DNA of 63,120 nt, counting the filler, from Octopus bimaculoides (taxonomy: Eukaryota): assembly GCF_001194135.2 (NCBI RefSeq). It is 3 parts of 3 records of this genome, joined end to end, with 100 filler letters (N's around TTAATTAATTAA, not from the genome) between each part and the next. Parts side by side here need not be neighbours in the genome. Positions count along the whole stretch, not along the records: positions 31,812 to 50,379 come from NC_069007.1; 2 more parts are not named here. One strand, written 5' to 3'. Below the pieces are notes generated by a model. That model was not told the DNA's origin and ran no database searches. It was given only the letters and a program-made list of their open reading frames with translations. The translations under genes were made by a program, and so were the position numbers. Below, in pieces: positions 35,158 to 49,646 of the stretch (the first letter of the stretch is position 1; every line of letters begins with the position of its first letter).

Positions 35158-37463
35158 TATATACGATGGGCTTCTTTCAGTTTCCGTCTACCAAATCCAC
35201 TCATAAGGCTTTGGTCGGCCCGAGGCTATAGTAGAAGACACTTGCCCAAGGTGCCACGCAGTGGGACTGAACCCGGAACCATGTGGTTTGTAAGCAAGCT
35301 ACTTACCACACAGCCACTCCTGCACCTGTCGGAAAGGAATACCTTTTATGAATGAATCCTCTCTTCCCTGAAATCTTTGGAGAAAAGTAATTAAAATGCT
35401 AGCACGACATTGTGTAACACAATTTTTGTCCCTGGGTAGCAACTGTTATTTTCTATTTGCTTACCTTTTGAAAGTATGAAAAATGGCCAACATTTCCTTC
35501 AAACTTTGCTTTTCCTACATTTATTCAAACCCCAAAGAATCCCTCTCAACACATTGTTATGATGATCCCCCACTACTCTTGCTCATCATTAGAGATGCAC
35601 ACATTGTCAGCAACTAAGGGACATGCTCAACTGGTTAAGGTCAAGCAACTGAGTGGTTGGTGTTAGGAAGGGCATCCAGCTGTAGAAACTTTGCCAGATC
35701 AGATTGGAGCCTGGTGCAGCCTACTGGCTTGTCAGTGCTCAGTCAAACCATCCAACCCATGCCAGCATGGAAAACAGACGCTAAACAATGACAATGATGA
35801 TGATGATGATGACACTGTCTTTGTTTTAATTAATTTTGAAAATAATGAAGAATTTAGTAAAATGATTTTATCATTTTTAATTCTTTTGCTACCACATTTC
35901 TATTGAAATGCGTTGTTTTAATTGTCATTAATTTTGGACAAATTTAGAAAACCAACTTTATCATTATTAAGTTAGTGTTTCAAGCATAAATAAGCATGAA
36001 CTTTTGATAAAATGTTTTAATTTAGATCACTTTAACCTTTTAGTTACCATATTTCTTCCCTAATGCACCACCTTTGTTTCAATTAATTTTGAAAAAGAAT
36101 TTAGTAAAATAACTTTGTTCTTGTTAACATGCAATTTCAGTGGAAAGTTTAAATTTAGATCAATTTAAAACAGGAAATGTGTATCCTGCAGGTATAAATG
36201 GCCTCAAAGTAGGTGGTTATCCAAAGACTTACATCACATTCATATTTCTTCTTAAACTCAGAAAAGTGTTTCTATTTTTTTTGCATTCAGGTGTTTTGCA
36301 TTCGACACTGAAAATCTAAATTTCTCACCAGTAACTTAATGGAAATTTCACATCAAAATTACTTTGAACAAAAAAAAAAAAAATAATAAAATTGTGACAA
36401 CAGATTTCAAAAAAAAAAAAAAAAAACACAAAAAAAACCCCAACAAAAAAAGCAGAATTGTTCTTAAGGAAAGAAATGCATTATTTGTCAAAGATTACTT
36501 AGGCAGAATATTCCATTTTCAGAATGTTATCAATTGAAATAGCTGCTAGCCGTTCTTCAGTTGCAGAAAAAATCTTCCATTGCAAAAGTCAGATGAAACA
36601 GGAAGGAAAGGATTACTTACATGGGTAAGATTGTCTGTTGTCAATAATATATACATATATATACACATATATATATATGTGTGTGTGTGTATGTATGTAT
36701 ATATAAGAAATATTATGTTTATGTAAACATATAATATGTATCTATATATATATATATATATNNNNNNNNNNNNNNNNNNNNNNNNNNNNNNNNNNNNNNN
36801 NNNNNNNNNNNNNNNNNNNNNNNNNNNNNNNNNNNNNNNNNNNNNNNNNNNNNNNNNNNNNNNNNNNNNNNNNNNNNNNNNNNNNNNNNNNNNNNNNNNN
36901 NNNNNNNNNNNNNNNNNNNNNNNNNNNNNNNNNNNNNNNNNNNNNNNNNNNNNNNNNNNNNNNNNNNNNNNNNNNNNNNNNNNNNNNNNNNNNNNNNNNN
37001 NNNNNNNNNNNNNNNNNNNNNNNNNNNNNNNNNNNNNNNNNNNNNNNNNNNNNNNNNNNNNNNNNNNNNNNNNNNNNNNNNNNNNNNNNNNNNNNNNNNN
37101 NNNNNNNNNNNNNNNNNNNNNNNNNNNNNNNNNNNNNNNNNNNNNNNNNNNNNNNNNNNNNNNNNNNNNNNNNNNNNNNNNNNNNNNNNNNNNNNNNNNN
37201 NNNNNNNNNNNNNNNNNNNNNNNNNNNNNNNNNNNNNNNNNNNNNNNNNNNNNNNNNNNNNNNNNNNNNNNNNNNNNNNNNNNNNNNNNNNNNNNNNNNN
37301 NNNNNNNNNNNNNNNNNNNNNNNNNNNNNNNNNNNNNNNNNNNNNNNNNNNNNNNNNNNNNNNNNNNNNNNNNNNNNNNNNNNNNNNNNNNNNNNNNNNN
37401 NNNNNNNNNNNNNNNNNNNNNNNNNNNNNNNNNNNNNNNNNNNNNNNNNNNNNNNNNNNNNNN

Positions 37464-37506
<43 letters not shown>

Positions 37507-38391
37507 ATGTGTGTTTGTGTGTCTGTGTTTGTCCCCCCACCATCGCTTGACAACTGATGCTGGTGTGTTTATGTCCCAGTAACTTAGCTCTTTGGCAAAA
37601 AAGAGACCGATAGAATAAGTACTAGGTTTACAAAGAATAAGTCCTGGGGTCGATTTTCACGACTAAAGGCAGTGCTCCAGCATGGCCGCCGTCAAATGAC
37701 TGAAACAAGTGAAAGAGAGTGAAAGAGTATTCTACCAACTGTATGTCCAAGACAATTCCAATGAATACAGAAATTACTACATCTGCATATTATTTCTACA
37801 GTTAATTATACCATTAATTATACAGCATATTTTATTCAAATTTGTTTGATGCACATTTCTGCTGCGTAGAAAATTAGCAATTATATTTGCATTCTGTTAC
37901 TTTCAACTGTAACTTTATTGAAAGTCCATCCACTGATGTGGTCTCAAGCAAACTGAATGTATGTAGGTGTAGCTAGCATTAGAGAGGAATCGAGAGAAAA
38001 TGCATGGTATGAGCTTGTGTTTATCTGGTCCTTAAATATAAGCACACTAACATTAATATAGAACGGGAAATAATAGGTTTAGCTGAACCTTATGTAATTG
38101 GGGTGGTGGGAAAAGATGCAATCTATACATAGGAGAAATATTCCATATTTTCACAGTTGAACACCAGTTGCTTCAAAGTGGGCAGGAACTGGCCCTAAAA
38201 TGTTCATATTACTACAGAAGGGCACTCAAATACTTCCATGGAAGGGATTTGTTATTAAGTTGGCACTATGTAAACAGGAGATGGCTGGGCTTTGATGGTA
38301 AACGTCAGTTTAATATCTAGTTTGCTTATATGAATAGCTAAAGTAGATATTATATATATATATATAAATACATAGTTTTAGGGAAAAGAAC

Positions 38392-38433
<42 letters not shown>

Positions 38434-38809
38434 CTTTATCTTATGATATTTACTTTGTATTATACTCATTTATTGTGCTTTTAATTATTAATTTTTCTAT
38501 ATGTGACAGTGGATTTTCATCAATGAGTTCATGAACCTTGGTTCTTTTGCCTAAAACGATATATTTATATATATTTTACTCAGTGAAACTTAATTTAATT
38601 TTAATTTTTTATAAATTGATTTTAATTGAGTTTTTACCTGTAATTTTGGATTTTGTCCCTAATATTATTATATATAAATATATACAATTAAACCTTGGGA
38701 GAGGCATTATGCCGGTAATAAACACACGCACTGGTTCAGTCCTTTATTAATTTATATAGTTTTTTGTTAAATTATTTCATTGCACTGTAATTTTGGATTT
38801 TATCCCTAA

Positions 38810-38840
<31 letters not shown>

Positions 38841-40299
38841 ATATATATATATATATATATGTGTGTGTACAAGCGAACTTGTATCATCAAAAAGTTGTAT
38901 AATAAAAGCAGATCTTAAGACACTGATCAATATGAAGGAGATGATAAAGGATTGTGATGTCTGGTGCCTTGCTGTGCTGAAGTAAACTTGTCCACCTCAG
39001 CAGAATTGATACTGGAGCGAGTACCACATGAAAAGCACTCATGCTGGTGCCACATGAAAAGCATAGGTGCTGGTGTCTTGTTAAAAGCACTGATGCTGAT
39101 GCCAACCACTCCGTGGAGTGGTTGGCATTAGGGAAGGGCATCCAGCTGTAGAAATCATGCCAAAACAGACATGGCGCCTTGTGTTGTCCTTAGCCTCATC
39201 AGCTCTGGTCAAACCATCCAACCCATGCCAGCATGGAAAATGGACATTAAACAATGACGGTGATGATGATATACATCCATCTATCTCTCTATACATACAT
39301 TTATATAAATGCGCAGCCATACATATGTATATACAAATACTGGCACTCATACACGAGCTGAGGTGTGAAGAAAAATAGTTTTTAATCTAAATGACTTTTA
39401 TGAAAGAGAGAAACCAAATTTCTTGGAGGCAATTTTCAGAGAATCATTAAAGAGTATTCTAAGAATCTCCAAAACCCATCTTTTGGCTTTGCAAGAATTG
39501 AAATTTCTGATCTAGAATCTCTTTGAGGCATCATCTGCTTTCACATAAAAGCAACAAAATAAGATTTATATTTATTAAGCAACCTTTCAACAGATATTTG
39601 TGTTACTAAAGAATTTTTGATTTTCATCTTTCGCCATGAATTTGGAAAAAAATCAAAGATTCTGAGATAAAGAAAATGGATTAACCTAATAATAAACAGA
39701 TTAATGTAATATATTAATATACATGCTGGCGGACAACTTAAGATTAACTGTTTAATAGATTCAAAGATATTTTTTTATTCATTACACATTTTTTTGTCAT
39801 TTGGTTATTCTTTGATATTTTCAAGACAGAATTTGGTTTCAGGGGTTTCTTGGACTGCAAATTCTTTGTGCTTTGACACAGTTTTGAAATGTTTTGTATG
39901 ACAGTATTTCGTTGTTTTCTTCTTTTTCTATTTATATCCTTTGTTAGTTTCAGTCATGCTGGATCACCACATGGAAGGATTTTAGTCAAACGAATCAATC
40001 CCAGTACTTGCTTTTCTGCTTTTTTCTAAAGTCTGGAATTTATTCTATCAATCTCTTTTTGCTGAACTGCTAAGTTATGGGATATAAATACATCAACACC
40101 AGTCGCCAAACGGAGAACAAACATAGACACAGGTGTACTACCATATATGTGTGTGTGTATCATCATCATCATCATCATCATTTAACGTCTGCTTTCCATG
40201 CTAGCCTGGGTTGGATGATTTGATTGGGAACTGGCGAACTAGATGGCTACACCAGACTCCAATCTGATCTGAAAGAGTTTCTACAGCTGGATGCTTTTA

Positions 40300-41186
40300 C
40301 ACACTGAAATAAGGTGGCTGTCGAGAGGAAAAGTACTTACCTGCGTACGCGAGCTATGACTCAAACTTCTTGCGTTCTTTGAAGAAATGAAACAATCTAA
40401 TTTTTGTGACCTTCTTTGTTCTGAATTTTGGATTGCCAGGTAACAGTTTTTGGCTGATATATTTCAGCAGCTCAATATTTTAAATACTAGGATGTAAGGG
40501 AAAGAAGAAGAAAACATTCTAATGCCCATTGACAAAATGAAAGCTTTCCAAAGAAAACTTAAGATTTCAAAACGCAAAGCTGTCGAACGGAATTTGGAAA
40601 TGTTTCCTTTGTTTAGTCAAAGTGAAACCAGCATAAATGAAAGACTCCCATTAATGGTTGAGCATTTAGCAAGTATAGAAGAAAAACTGTGTTCATATTT
40701 CCCATCACTAAAAACTGAACAATATAACTAGATCAGAAACCCATTCGTGGAAACTTCCAATGATTTCAAATTAACATTGATAGAAGAAGAGGAACTCGCT
40801 GCTATATCCACAGACATGGATTAATGATGAAACACAAGGAATTGTCACTTGACGCTTTCTGAATTTCTGTAAAACAGGAATATGTTTTGATTTCTAAAAA
40901 AGCTTTTACAATTTTGCTTTCTACTATCAAGCACAAAAAGCGAGGAACACCTACATGCATTGATGAAGAAATGCAAGTTTGTCTTTCAAACATAAACCCG
41001 AACATTGAAGAAATTAAGAAATTGCCAAGACACATTGAGCTAATGTTTCCCATAAACTCAAGAATGAAGAATTTTAAGGTATGTGTTATTTTCCGTTATT
41101 TAGCTTAGAAATTTGTATATGGTGCACCCACAATTATTTGTAGGGGTTAAAGTGCACCCTGACCTCAAACGAGTTGAGAACCACTG
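40300..41186 (+). mobile_element. hAT (Charlie/Buster, ZBED5/FAM200-like) transposase relic with 3' TIR
   Basis: HTEIRWLSRGKVL, KMKAFQRKL, YN.IRNPF, ELSLDAF, EEMQVCLS; in-frame stops; ends TTGAGAACCACTG followed by GTCTAGTC. Confidence 0.85.
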
Positions 41187-41187
41187 G

Positions 41188-42480
41188 TCTAGTCAATCAG
41201 GTGATACATGATGGAGTCATACCCAATGGCTGGTGTAGCAGCACCATAGTCAACTGCTACAAAGGTAAAGGTGACGCATTAGATATGAATAATTGCAGAG
41301 GTATCAAGTTATTGGATCAGGTAATGAAAGTCATGGAGAGGGTCATAGCCCAACTAATTAGGGAGAGAGTCAGTCAAGATGAGATGCAGTTTGAGTTTGT
41401 GCCAGGGAAAAGCACCACTGATGCTATATTTCTGGTAAGACAGCTGCAGGAGAAATACCTAGCCAAAGATAAACCTCTATACTTGGCTTCTGTTGACTTG
41501 GAGAAAGCCTTTGACAAGGTCCCCCGATCCATCATCTGGTGGTCAATGAGGAAACTAGGGATAGAAGAATGGTTAGTGAGAGCTGTACAAGCTATGTACA
41601 GGGATACTGTCAGTAAGGTGCAGGTTGGCAACGAGTACAGTGAAGAATTCCAGGTAGGGGTCCACCAAGGATCAGTCCTCAGCCCCTGCTTATTCATCAT
41701 AGTCCTCCAGGCAATAACAGAGGAATTCAAGACAGGATGCCCCTGGGAGCTTCTCTATGCTGATGACCTTGCTCTAATAGCTGAGTCACTATCGGAAATA
41801 GAGAAGGTCTAGAATCAAAGAGCCTTAGAGTCAATCTAGCAAAAACCAAAGTCTTAGTAAGTAAGAAGGCAGACAAACCACAAATCCCTTCAGGTAGATG
41901 GCCTTGCTTGATCTGTAAAAAGGGCAAAGGTAGAAACTCCATAAGATGTACCCAGTGTAAGCTATGGAGACATAAAAGGTGCAGCAATATCAAAGGAAGG
42001 CTAATTGGGAAAGTAGTTTGTTATTTTTGTGTGTGTGGGTGTGGCAAATGCTCAGGAGCAATAAACACTGGATATGTGCAGAAAACAGCTTCCGTCACAT
42101 TCCAGGGGGAAAAACTATAAGTAGTTGATAGCTTCCATTACCTAGGTGACCAAATCAGTAGCAGGGGGTGAATGCTCTGAAAGTGTAGCTGCTAGAATAA
42201 GAATAGCCTGGGCAAAGTTCAGAGAGCTCTTACCTCTGCTGGTGACAAAGGGCCTCTCATTCAGAGTTAAAGGTAGACTGTATGACGCATGTGTACGAAC
42301 AGTTATGCTTCATGGCAGTGAAACATGGACTGTGACTGCTGAGGACATGTGTAAGCTTACAAGGAATGAAGCCTGTATGCTCCGCTGGATGTATAATGTC
42401 AGTGTGCATACACAACAGAGTGTAAGTTACCTTGAGAGAAAAGTTGGACTTAAGAGGCATCAAATGTGGTGTGCAAGAGC
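41188..42480 (+). mobile_element. RTE-clade LINE reverse transcriptase fragment, degenerate
   Basis: YKGKGD...RGIKLL, QF.FVPGKSTTDAIF, VDLEKAFD, GVHQGSVLSP, LYADDL, DSFHYLG, KGRLYDACVRTVMLHGSETW. Confidence 0.95.
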
Positions 42481-42489
42481 TACTCCATT

Positions 42490-42705
42490 TTTATTACATT
42501 TTCTAATAACATTTCAGCCTAAAACAGGCCATGAAACATCGTCCTTTCCAATTCTTGCACTGAAATCTCCCAATATGACCAGCTTGTCAGAAATTGGTAC
42601 TTTCTTCGATAATTGTGCTTGATCATCATAAAAGTGTCCTACAGTTTCATCAGAATGAGACATTGTTGGTGCATAAATACTGATGTGGTTCTTTTTTCCC
42701 ATTTA
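42490..42705 (-). mobile_element. APE-type endonuclease fragment of an RTE-like LINE, inverted
   Basis: ISIYAPT...FYD...LVILGDFSARIG. Confidence 0.8.
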
Positions 42706-43182
42706 CTGAATCTATTTGAGACATTTCAGAGTAAGTTGCAAATGCATTTTAAGATTTCTGCCAACCAACCAATTCAATGATTTTACTAAGATTTGGAGTA
42801 CAGGAAGTACCTGTGGAGATGAATAATTTTCAGTGGGTGTAGCTTGTACTACACTACCACCAAGAAGACTTTCACCAGTGTGACATGAAAATTGACAAAA
42901 CTGGTAACTTCCAAGGCCTCAAGTTTTATATTGGAGATTTCCTTCTCCTGGGTAGATTACCAACCAAGGTTAAAGAGCTTCTACCTGCCCACGAGGTAAG
43001 CTATCCCGTGCCAGACACCAAACCAACATCCAAACACTCCATAGAGTGATTAAATATCATTCTGGTATCTAACACAGAATAGCTGATACATATATAAAAA
43101 GATTAAATAAAATAAAAAAATAAAAAATGTAAAAGATATGTAATTTTAAAAAATCAATAAAATAAGATTTAAATATAAATGA

Positions 43183-43229
<47 letters not shown>

Positions 43230-43359
43230 TATAATATATATACATACAGGCATGCATACATATATGTATATATTGATACATATATGTATGACAGAGTCTT
43301 ATCTGATGTTCTAACAAATCAGGATGGCTTCAGTCAGTTGCCTGGAGCCTGTATAATCA

Positions 43360-44288
43360 GAATGTATTTAGAATATATAAGCTTAAGATACCAGAAATGT
43401 CTGTTAGTCACTGAAATTTAAATTCCTTCCAGTTATATTGTTTGATCTGTTTCGACTAAAATCATACATTTCTTTACACCTTGGGGTATTGAAATTTACT
43501 AATTACTAACACACTTGCAGCCATAAGAGGCAATATTTGTGAGCTGATCTCTGTATCTAGATTTCTACATTGAGTACCATAAACAGTTTAATAGAAATAA
43601 TGTAAAAGACAGTTACAGCTGCATAGAAAATTTAGTCATAAAAATGTGTAAGCATGCAATAATAATAACATTGCACTAAGAATCTTAATAGATATGGAAT
43701 ACAATAATAATGTATTTAGAATATATATGTTTAGGATATCAGAAGTGCCTGTTAGTCACTGAGGTTTAAATTTCTACCAGATATGTTATTCAATCTCCTT
43801 TGATTTATAATTTTATAGTTCTTTATATTTTGGAGTATTGAAATTTACTGACTTCTGATACAGTTGTAGCCATAAGAGGCAATATATGTATATTTGTGAT
43901 CTTTGCATCTGGATTTTATGATTAAGTGTCACTAACAATTTAGCAGAATTAATTTAAAAGATAGTTACAGATGCATGCAAAATATCCGCAGCATTTAATG
44001 TCCATGCTCTATGCTGTCATGGATTGCACAATGGCATGGGTTCGAGAAGATATTAAAATCATATTAAAATATAAACGAAATATAAACATACCATTATAAT
44101 ATTGTACAAAGGAACTTCACAAACACAGAATACAATGACAATATATTTGGAATATATAAGCTTGAGATATCAGAAATGCCTATTCATCACTAGAGTTGAA
44201 ATTCTTTCCAGTACCATGGTTCCATTTGCTTTAACTTATAATGCTATATTTCTTAATTATACATACATACATACATACATACATACAT

Positions 44289-44323
<35 letters not shown>

Positions 44324-45940
44324 NNNNNNNNNNNNNNATATATATATTCATATGTACGTATGTGTGTGTGTGTTTGTGAGCTCATCTCTATATTAGATTT
44401 CTGCATTGAATACGATAAACAATTTAATAGAAATAATTTAAAGAGCAATTACAGTTGCGCACAAAACATCATAATCCTCATTTAATGTCTATGTTCCATG
44501 CTGCCATGAACTGGACTTCTGGTTTGGGTTGGACAAAGAATCATATTTAAATATAAGCATCCCATAATAATAATAATTGTACATAATAATTGTACATAAT
44601 AATTATACATAATAATTGTACATAACAATTTTCAGGCCAGTTTCCCTACATTAAGTGGCATAAACAATTTAGTAGAAATAATGTAAGAGATAGTTATAGC
44701 TGCTTATAGAATAGAAAAGTCATATAAAAAAAATATAGCATCATAAAAATATTGTACTTAGGAACTTTACAACTATGGAATACAATAGCAATATATCTGG
44801 AATATGTAAACTTATGTTATCAGAAATATCTGTTAGTCACTGGAGGTTAAATTCCTTCTAGATATACTAAGACGGCATGGTCTTTTTGACTGATGATGTT
44901 ATACTTCTTTATAGTTTTGATCAGTGAAATGTACTGATTATTGATATAATTGCAACCCTAAGAAGCTGTATATTTATATCTGTGAGCTGATCTTTGTGAC
45001 TGGATTCCAGTATTAAGTATCGTAAACAATTTAATAGAAACAATTTAAAAGGCAATTATAGCTGTTTATAAAATATCATCATCTTCATACAACGTCCATA
45101 TTCAATGGTGGCATGGGTTGGACTGCTTGCATGAGTTGGATAGCTGGCATAGGTTGGACAAAATATATGAATCATAAAAATGTACAGGTCGTATTAAAGT
45201 ATAACACCATAACAATATTGTACTTATAAACTTAACAAATATGGACTACTACGATAATAAATTTGGTATACATGTGCTTAAGATATCAGAAGTGCTTCTT
45301 AATCATTATAGCTTAAATTCCTTCCAGTTACATAGTTCCATCTGCTTTGACATATAATGCTAACATTCTTTATACTTTGAAGTACTGAAATTGACTTATT
45401 ACTAATACAGTCATGACCATAAGAAGATATGTATATATACTTGTGACCTGATCTCAGCATCTGTATTTCTACATTAAGTGTCATAAACAATTTGATAGCA
45501 ATAATGTAAATGACAGTTACAACTGCCTAGAAAATATAGACATAAAAATGTATAACTGTACCATTATAATCCTGTCTTTGGCACAAAGCCAGCAATTTCA
45601 GGAGAGCTGGTAAGTCGATTACATTGACCCCAGTGTTCAACTGGTACTTATTTTAATGACCCCCAAGAGAGTGAAAGGCAAAGTCAACGTCAGCTGCATT
45701 TGAACTCAGAACATAAGGACAGATGAAATGCCACAAAGTAGTTTGCTCAGCATACTAATGATTCTGCCAGCTTACCACCTTATAAAAATGCCATAATAAT
45801 AACATTGCACTTAGAATTTTAACAACTGTGGAGCACAATAACAATTTTTAAGCCAATTTCCTGCATTAAGTGTCACAAAACATTTAATAGAAATAATGTA
45901 ATATCAGGTTTTAGTTGCTTATGAAGTATGTGAGGCATAA
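43360..45940. repeat. Diverged tandem array, ~350-bp core unit, about 5.5 copies
   Basis: GAATATATAAGCTTAAGATATCAGAAATG(T/C)CTGTTAGTCACTG-like motif recurs at about 43370, 43718, 44148, 44800 and 45268, with shared downstream motifs (GTGAGCTGATCT, AAACAATTTAATAGAAATAAT). Confidence 0.8.
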
Positions 45941-46754
45941 ACAAGAGCAAAACTAAACAGTGTAATTCAGTATTTAGAAACTCAAGAATTGTCATGGTAA
46001 AATCTCAGTGCTGTCCATTTAACAGCAAGAAGTTGAGAGAGAGAAGGAGTATTATCAATGGCATCATAATAAAAGCAAGCATGAAAGGACATATAAGAAC
46101 TCACTGATAATATATTTAAAAGCCATTGTATGTAGAATAACAGCTTTTTGTGAAACATGTGTGAGAAAAAAAGACAATGATGATTTGACATTGTCATAAC
46201 ATATTTGGTTATAAAAAGAAGAGAAAAAGTAAATAACTAAGTAATTTTGTCCCCCATTGAGCCCAGTAAAATATTATTTTGTAGATGCCTAAAGACGTGA
46301 ATGTTGCTTTTACAGATTAATATACTATGTTAAGGCAAAATTAGAAACCACCCAACAAAAAGAAGAGCTGAACTAACCTTGAGATGCAATCACAAGAAGA
46401 AAGAGAACTATGTCAAGAATTTCATGGAGATGCAGTCAGAGTGACCATGTTATGAATCAATCAAAACATGTGCAAGTATCATGTGATGAATAAGTTCACC
46501 AAGGTTTATCGTGACACCTACATGTAATCAATTCACGTGTGATGGAAATAGTCTTTTATTGTTCTTTTTCCTTTTACTTGTTTCAGTCAGTTGACTGCAG
46601 CCATGCTGGAGCACCGCCTTTAGTCGAACAAACTGACCCCGGGACTTATTCTTTGTAAGCCTAGTATTTATTCTATCGGCTCTTTTGCTGAACTGCTAAG
46701 TTATGGGGACTTAAACACACCAACATCACGTGTTAAGTGATGGTGGAGGGACAA

Positions 46755-46787
<33 letters not shown>

Positions 46788-47769
46788 ATAGTTTCTGACA
46801 CAGGGTACATATATGTACCTGTGTGTATGTGTATCTTCTTTTATTCTCTACTTTTTGAGTCATGAGAATGCGGCCATGCTGGGGCACTGTGTCAAAGGGG
46901 TTTTAGTCGAATGAATTGACTCAGCACTTATAATGCTTCTTTTTCTTTAAGCCTGGTCTTTATTCTATTAGTCTTTTTGTCAAGCCACTGAATTACAGGG
47001 ATGTAAACACACCAACACCAGTTATCAAGCAGTTGTGGGGGACAAACATAGATATACACACACACATACGCATATTATATGATGGGCTACTTTCAATTTC
47101 CATCTACCAAATCCACTCACAAGGCTTTGGTTGGCTCAAAACTATAGTAAAAAACACTTGGCCAAGGTGCCACACAGTGGGAGTGAACCCAGAACAATGT
47201 TGTTGGGAAGCAAATTTTCTTACCACACAGCCATGCTTGTATGTATGTATATAAGAACACACATAGATACAGGAAAGGCTGTGAGGTAAGTAGCTTGCTT
47301 ACCAACCATATGGTTCTGAGTTCAGACCCACTGCGTGACACCTTGGGCAAGTGTCTTCTACAGTAGCATTGGGCTGGCAAAATCCTTGTGAGTGGATTTG
47401 ATAGGTGGAACCTGAAAGAAGTCTTTCATGTATGTATATATTATCATCATCATCATCATTTAACGTCTGCTTTCCATGCTGGCATGGGTTGGATGGTTTG
47501 ACCGGGGACTGGCGAGCCAGATGGCTGCACCAGGCTCCAATCTGATTTGACCAAGTTTCTACAGCTGGATGCTTTTCCTAACGCCAACCACTCTGAGAGT
47601 GTAGTGGGTGCTTTTATGTGCCACTGGCATGAGGGCAAGTCAGGCGCTACTGGCAACGGCCACATTCAAATGATGCTTTTTACATGTCACCTGCACAGGA
47701 GCCAGTCCAGCGGCACCTACGCTGAAATGCTGTTTTTCACATACCACCGGCACAAGTGCTAGTATGGCA

Positions 47770-47990
47770 ATGCTGGTAACGATCACACTCGAATGGTGCT
47801 TTTTATGTACCACCAGCATGGGGCCAGTCAGTGGCCCTGGCAACGATCACACTCGAATGGTGCTTTTTATGTACCACCAGCATGGGGCCAGTCAGTGGCC
47901 CTGGTAACGATCACGCTCGAATGGTTCTCTTTACGTGCCACCAGCACAGGGCCAGTCAGCGGTCCTTGCAATGATCACACTCGGATGGTG
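47770..47990. repeat. ~62-bp tandem repeat x4 inside an RTE 3' UTR
   Basis: AACGATCACACTCGAATGGTGCTTTTTATGTACCACCAGCATGGGGCCAGTCAGTGGCCCTGG units. Confidence 0.85.
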
Positions 47991-49597
47991 CTCTTAGTGC
48001 TCCACTAGCATGGATGCCAGTCATACGGTGCTGTCATCGAATTTGATTTCAATTTCACTTGCCTCAAAAGGTCACCGCAAGCAGAGTTTAGTGTCCAATG
48101 AAAGAAAGGTATGCATAAGTGGGCTGGTTACACCACTGGCATAAACCATGGGCTATGGTCTCACTTGGCTTGGCAGGTTTTCTCAAACACAACATATTTC
48201 CAAAGGTCTCGGTCACAAGTCATTGCCTTGGTGAGGCCTAATGTTCGAAGGTCGTGCTTCACCACTTCATCTCAGGTCTTCTTGGGTCTACCTCTTCCAC
48301 AGTTTCCCTCAACAGCTAGGGTGTGACACTTTTTCACACAGCTATCCTCATCCATTCGCACCTGATGACCATGTATATATGTATGTATGTATATGCTTGT
48401 GTGTCTGTGTTTGTCCCACACCATCGCTTGTCAACCGAAGGTAGTGTACCTACATCCCCATAACTTAGCAGTTCCGCAAAAGAGACCATTAGAATAAGTC
48501 CTAGGCTTACAAAGAATAAGTTCTGAGGTTGGTTTGTTTGACTAAAGGGGGTGCTCCAGCATAGCCACAGTCATTGGTTGCTTGGCACTCCGTCGGTTAC
48601 GATGACGAGGGTTCCAGTTGATCCGATCAACAGAACAGCCTGCTAGTGAAATTAACATGCAAGTGGCTGTGCACTCCACAGACACGTGTACCCTTTACAT
48701 AGTTCTTGGGGGATAATCACCGTGACACAGTGTGACAAGGCTGACCCTTTGAGTTACAGGCACAACAGAAACAGGAAGAAAGAGTGAGAGAAAATTGTGG
48801 TGAAAGAGTACAGCAGGGTTCGCCAACCCTACTGCCGGAGCCTCGTGGAGCTTTGTGTGTTTTCACTCAATAAACAGTTACAATGCCCGGTCTGCGAATC
48901 GAAACTGCGATCCTACGACCGCGAGTCTGCTGCCCTAATCACTGGGCCACTGGGCCGCAGTCATATGACTGAAACAAATAAATGAATAAAAGAATATATA
49001 TAGGCATATGTATATATATGTATATATATGTATATACAGGCTGACATATATACATACATACATGGTCACACACACACAGAGACACACATGCACAAACATA
49101 TATATACTTATAGAGAGAGAGAGAGATGTAAATTCAATAGATTTCAATATATATCTATATGTGTGTGCTATCATTCCTGTATCAGTACCTGACATCTAAC
49201 TAGATGATAGCGATAAAAGTTTCTCAGATATGTCTGTATCATATATCTTTCCATTATTTTCCGACATGTGTCTACTTCCGTCTGCGAGTTTACGTTTTAA
49301 GAGGAAAAACAACAACAACAACAGCATCAGCTGCAACACCAATATAAACAACAACACAACTAACAATAAACAGCAACAACAAAAAAATTCCTTCAGCACA
49401 GTATCAACTTTGATAAATTACTAAGCATGTACGCTGTGTTTCCATTTGCAAATACTGACTTTCCAATACACGATAACTTTTCTAACTTATATATTGTAAT
49501 TGTACTCTCTAATCCAGGGATTCGTAACTAGTGGTTGTTATTGTCCAGTTTTGATTTCTTTATGCATTACATTCGTCCAAAGTGATATATATATGTA

Positions 49598-49646
<49 letters not shown>

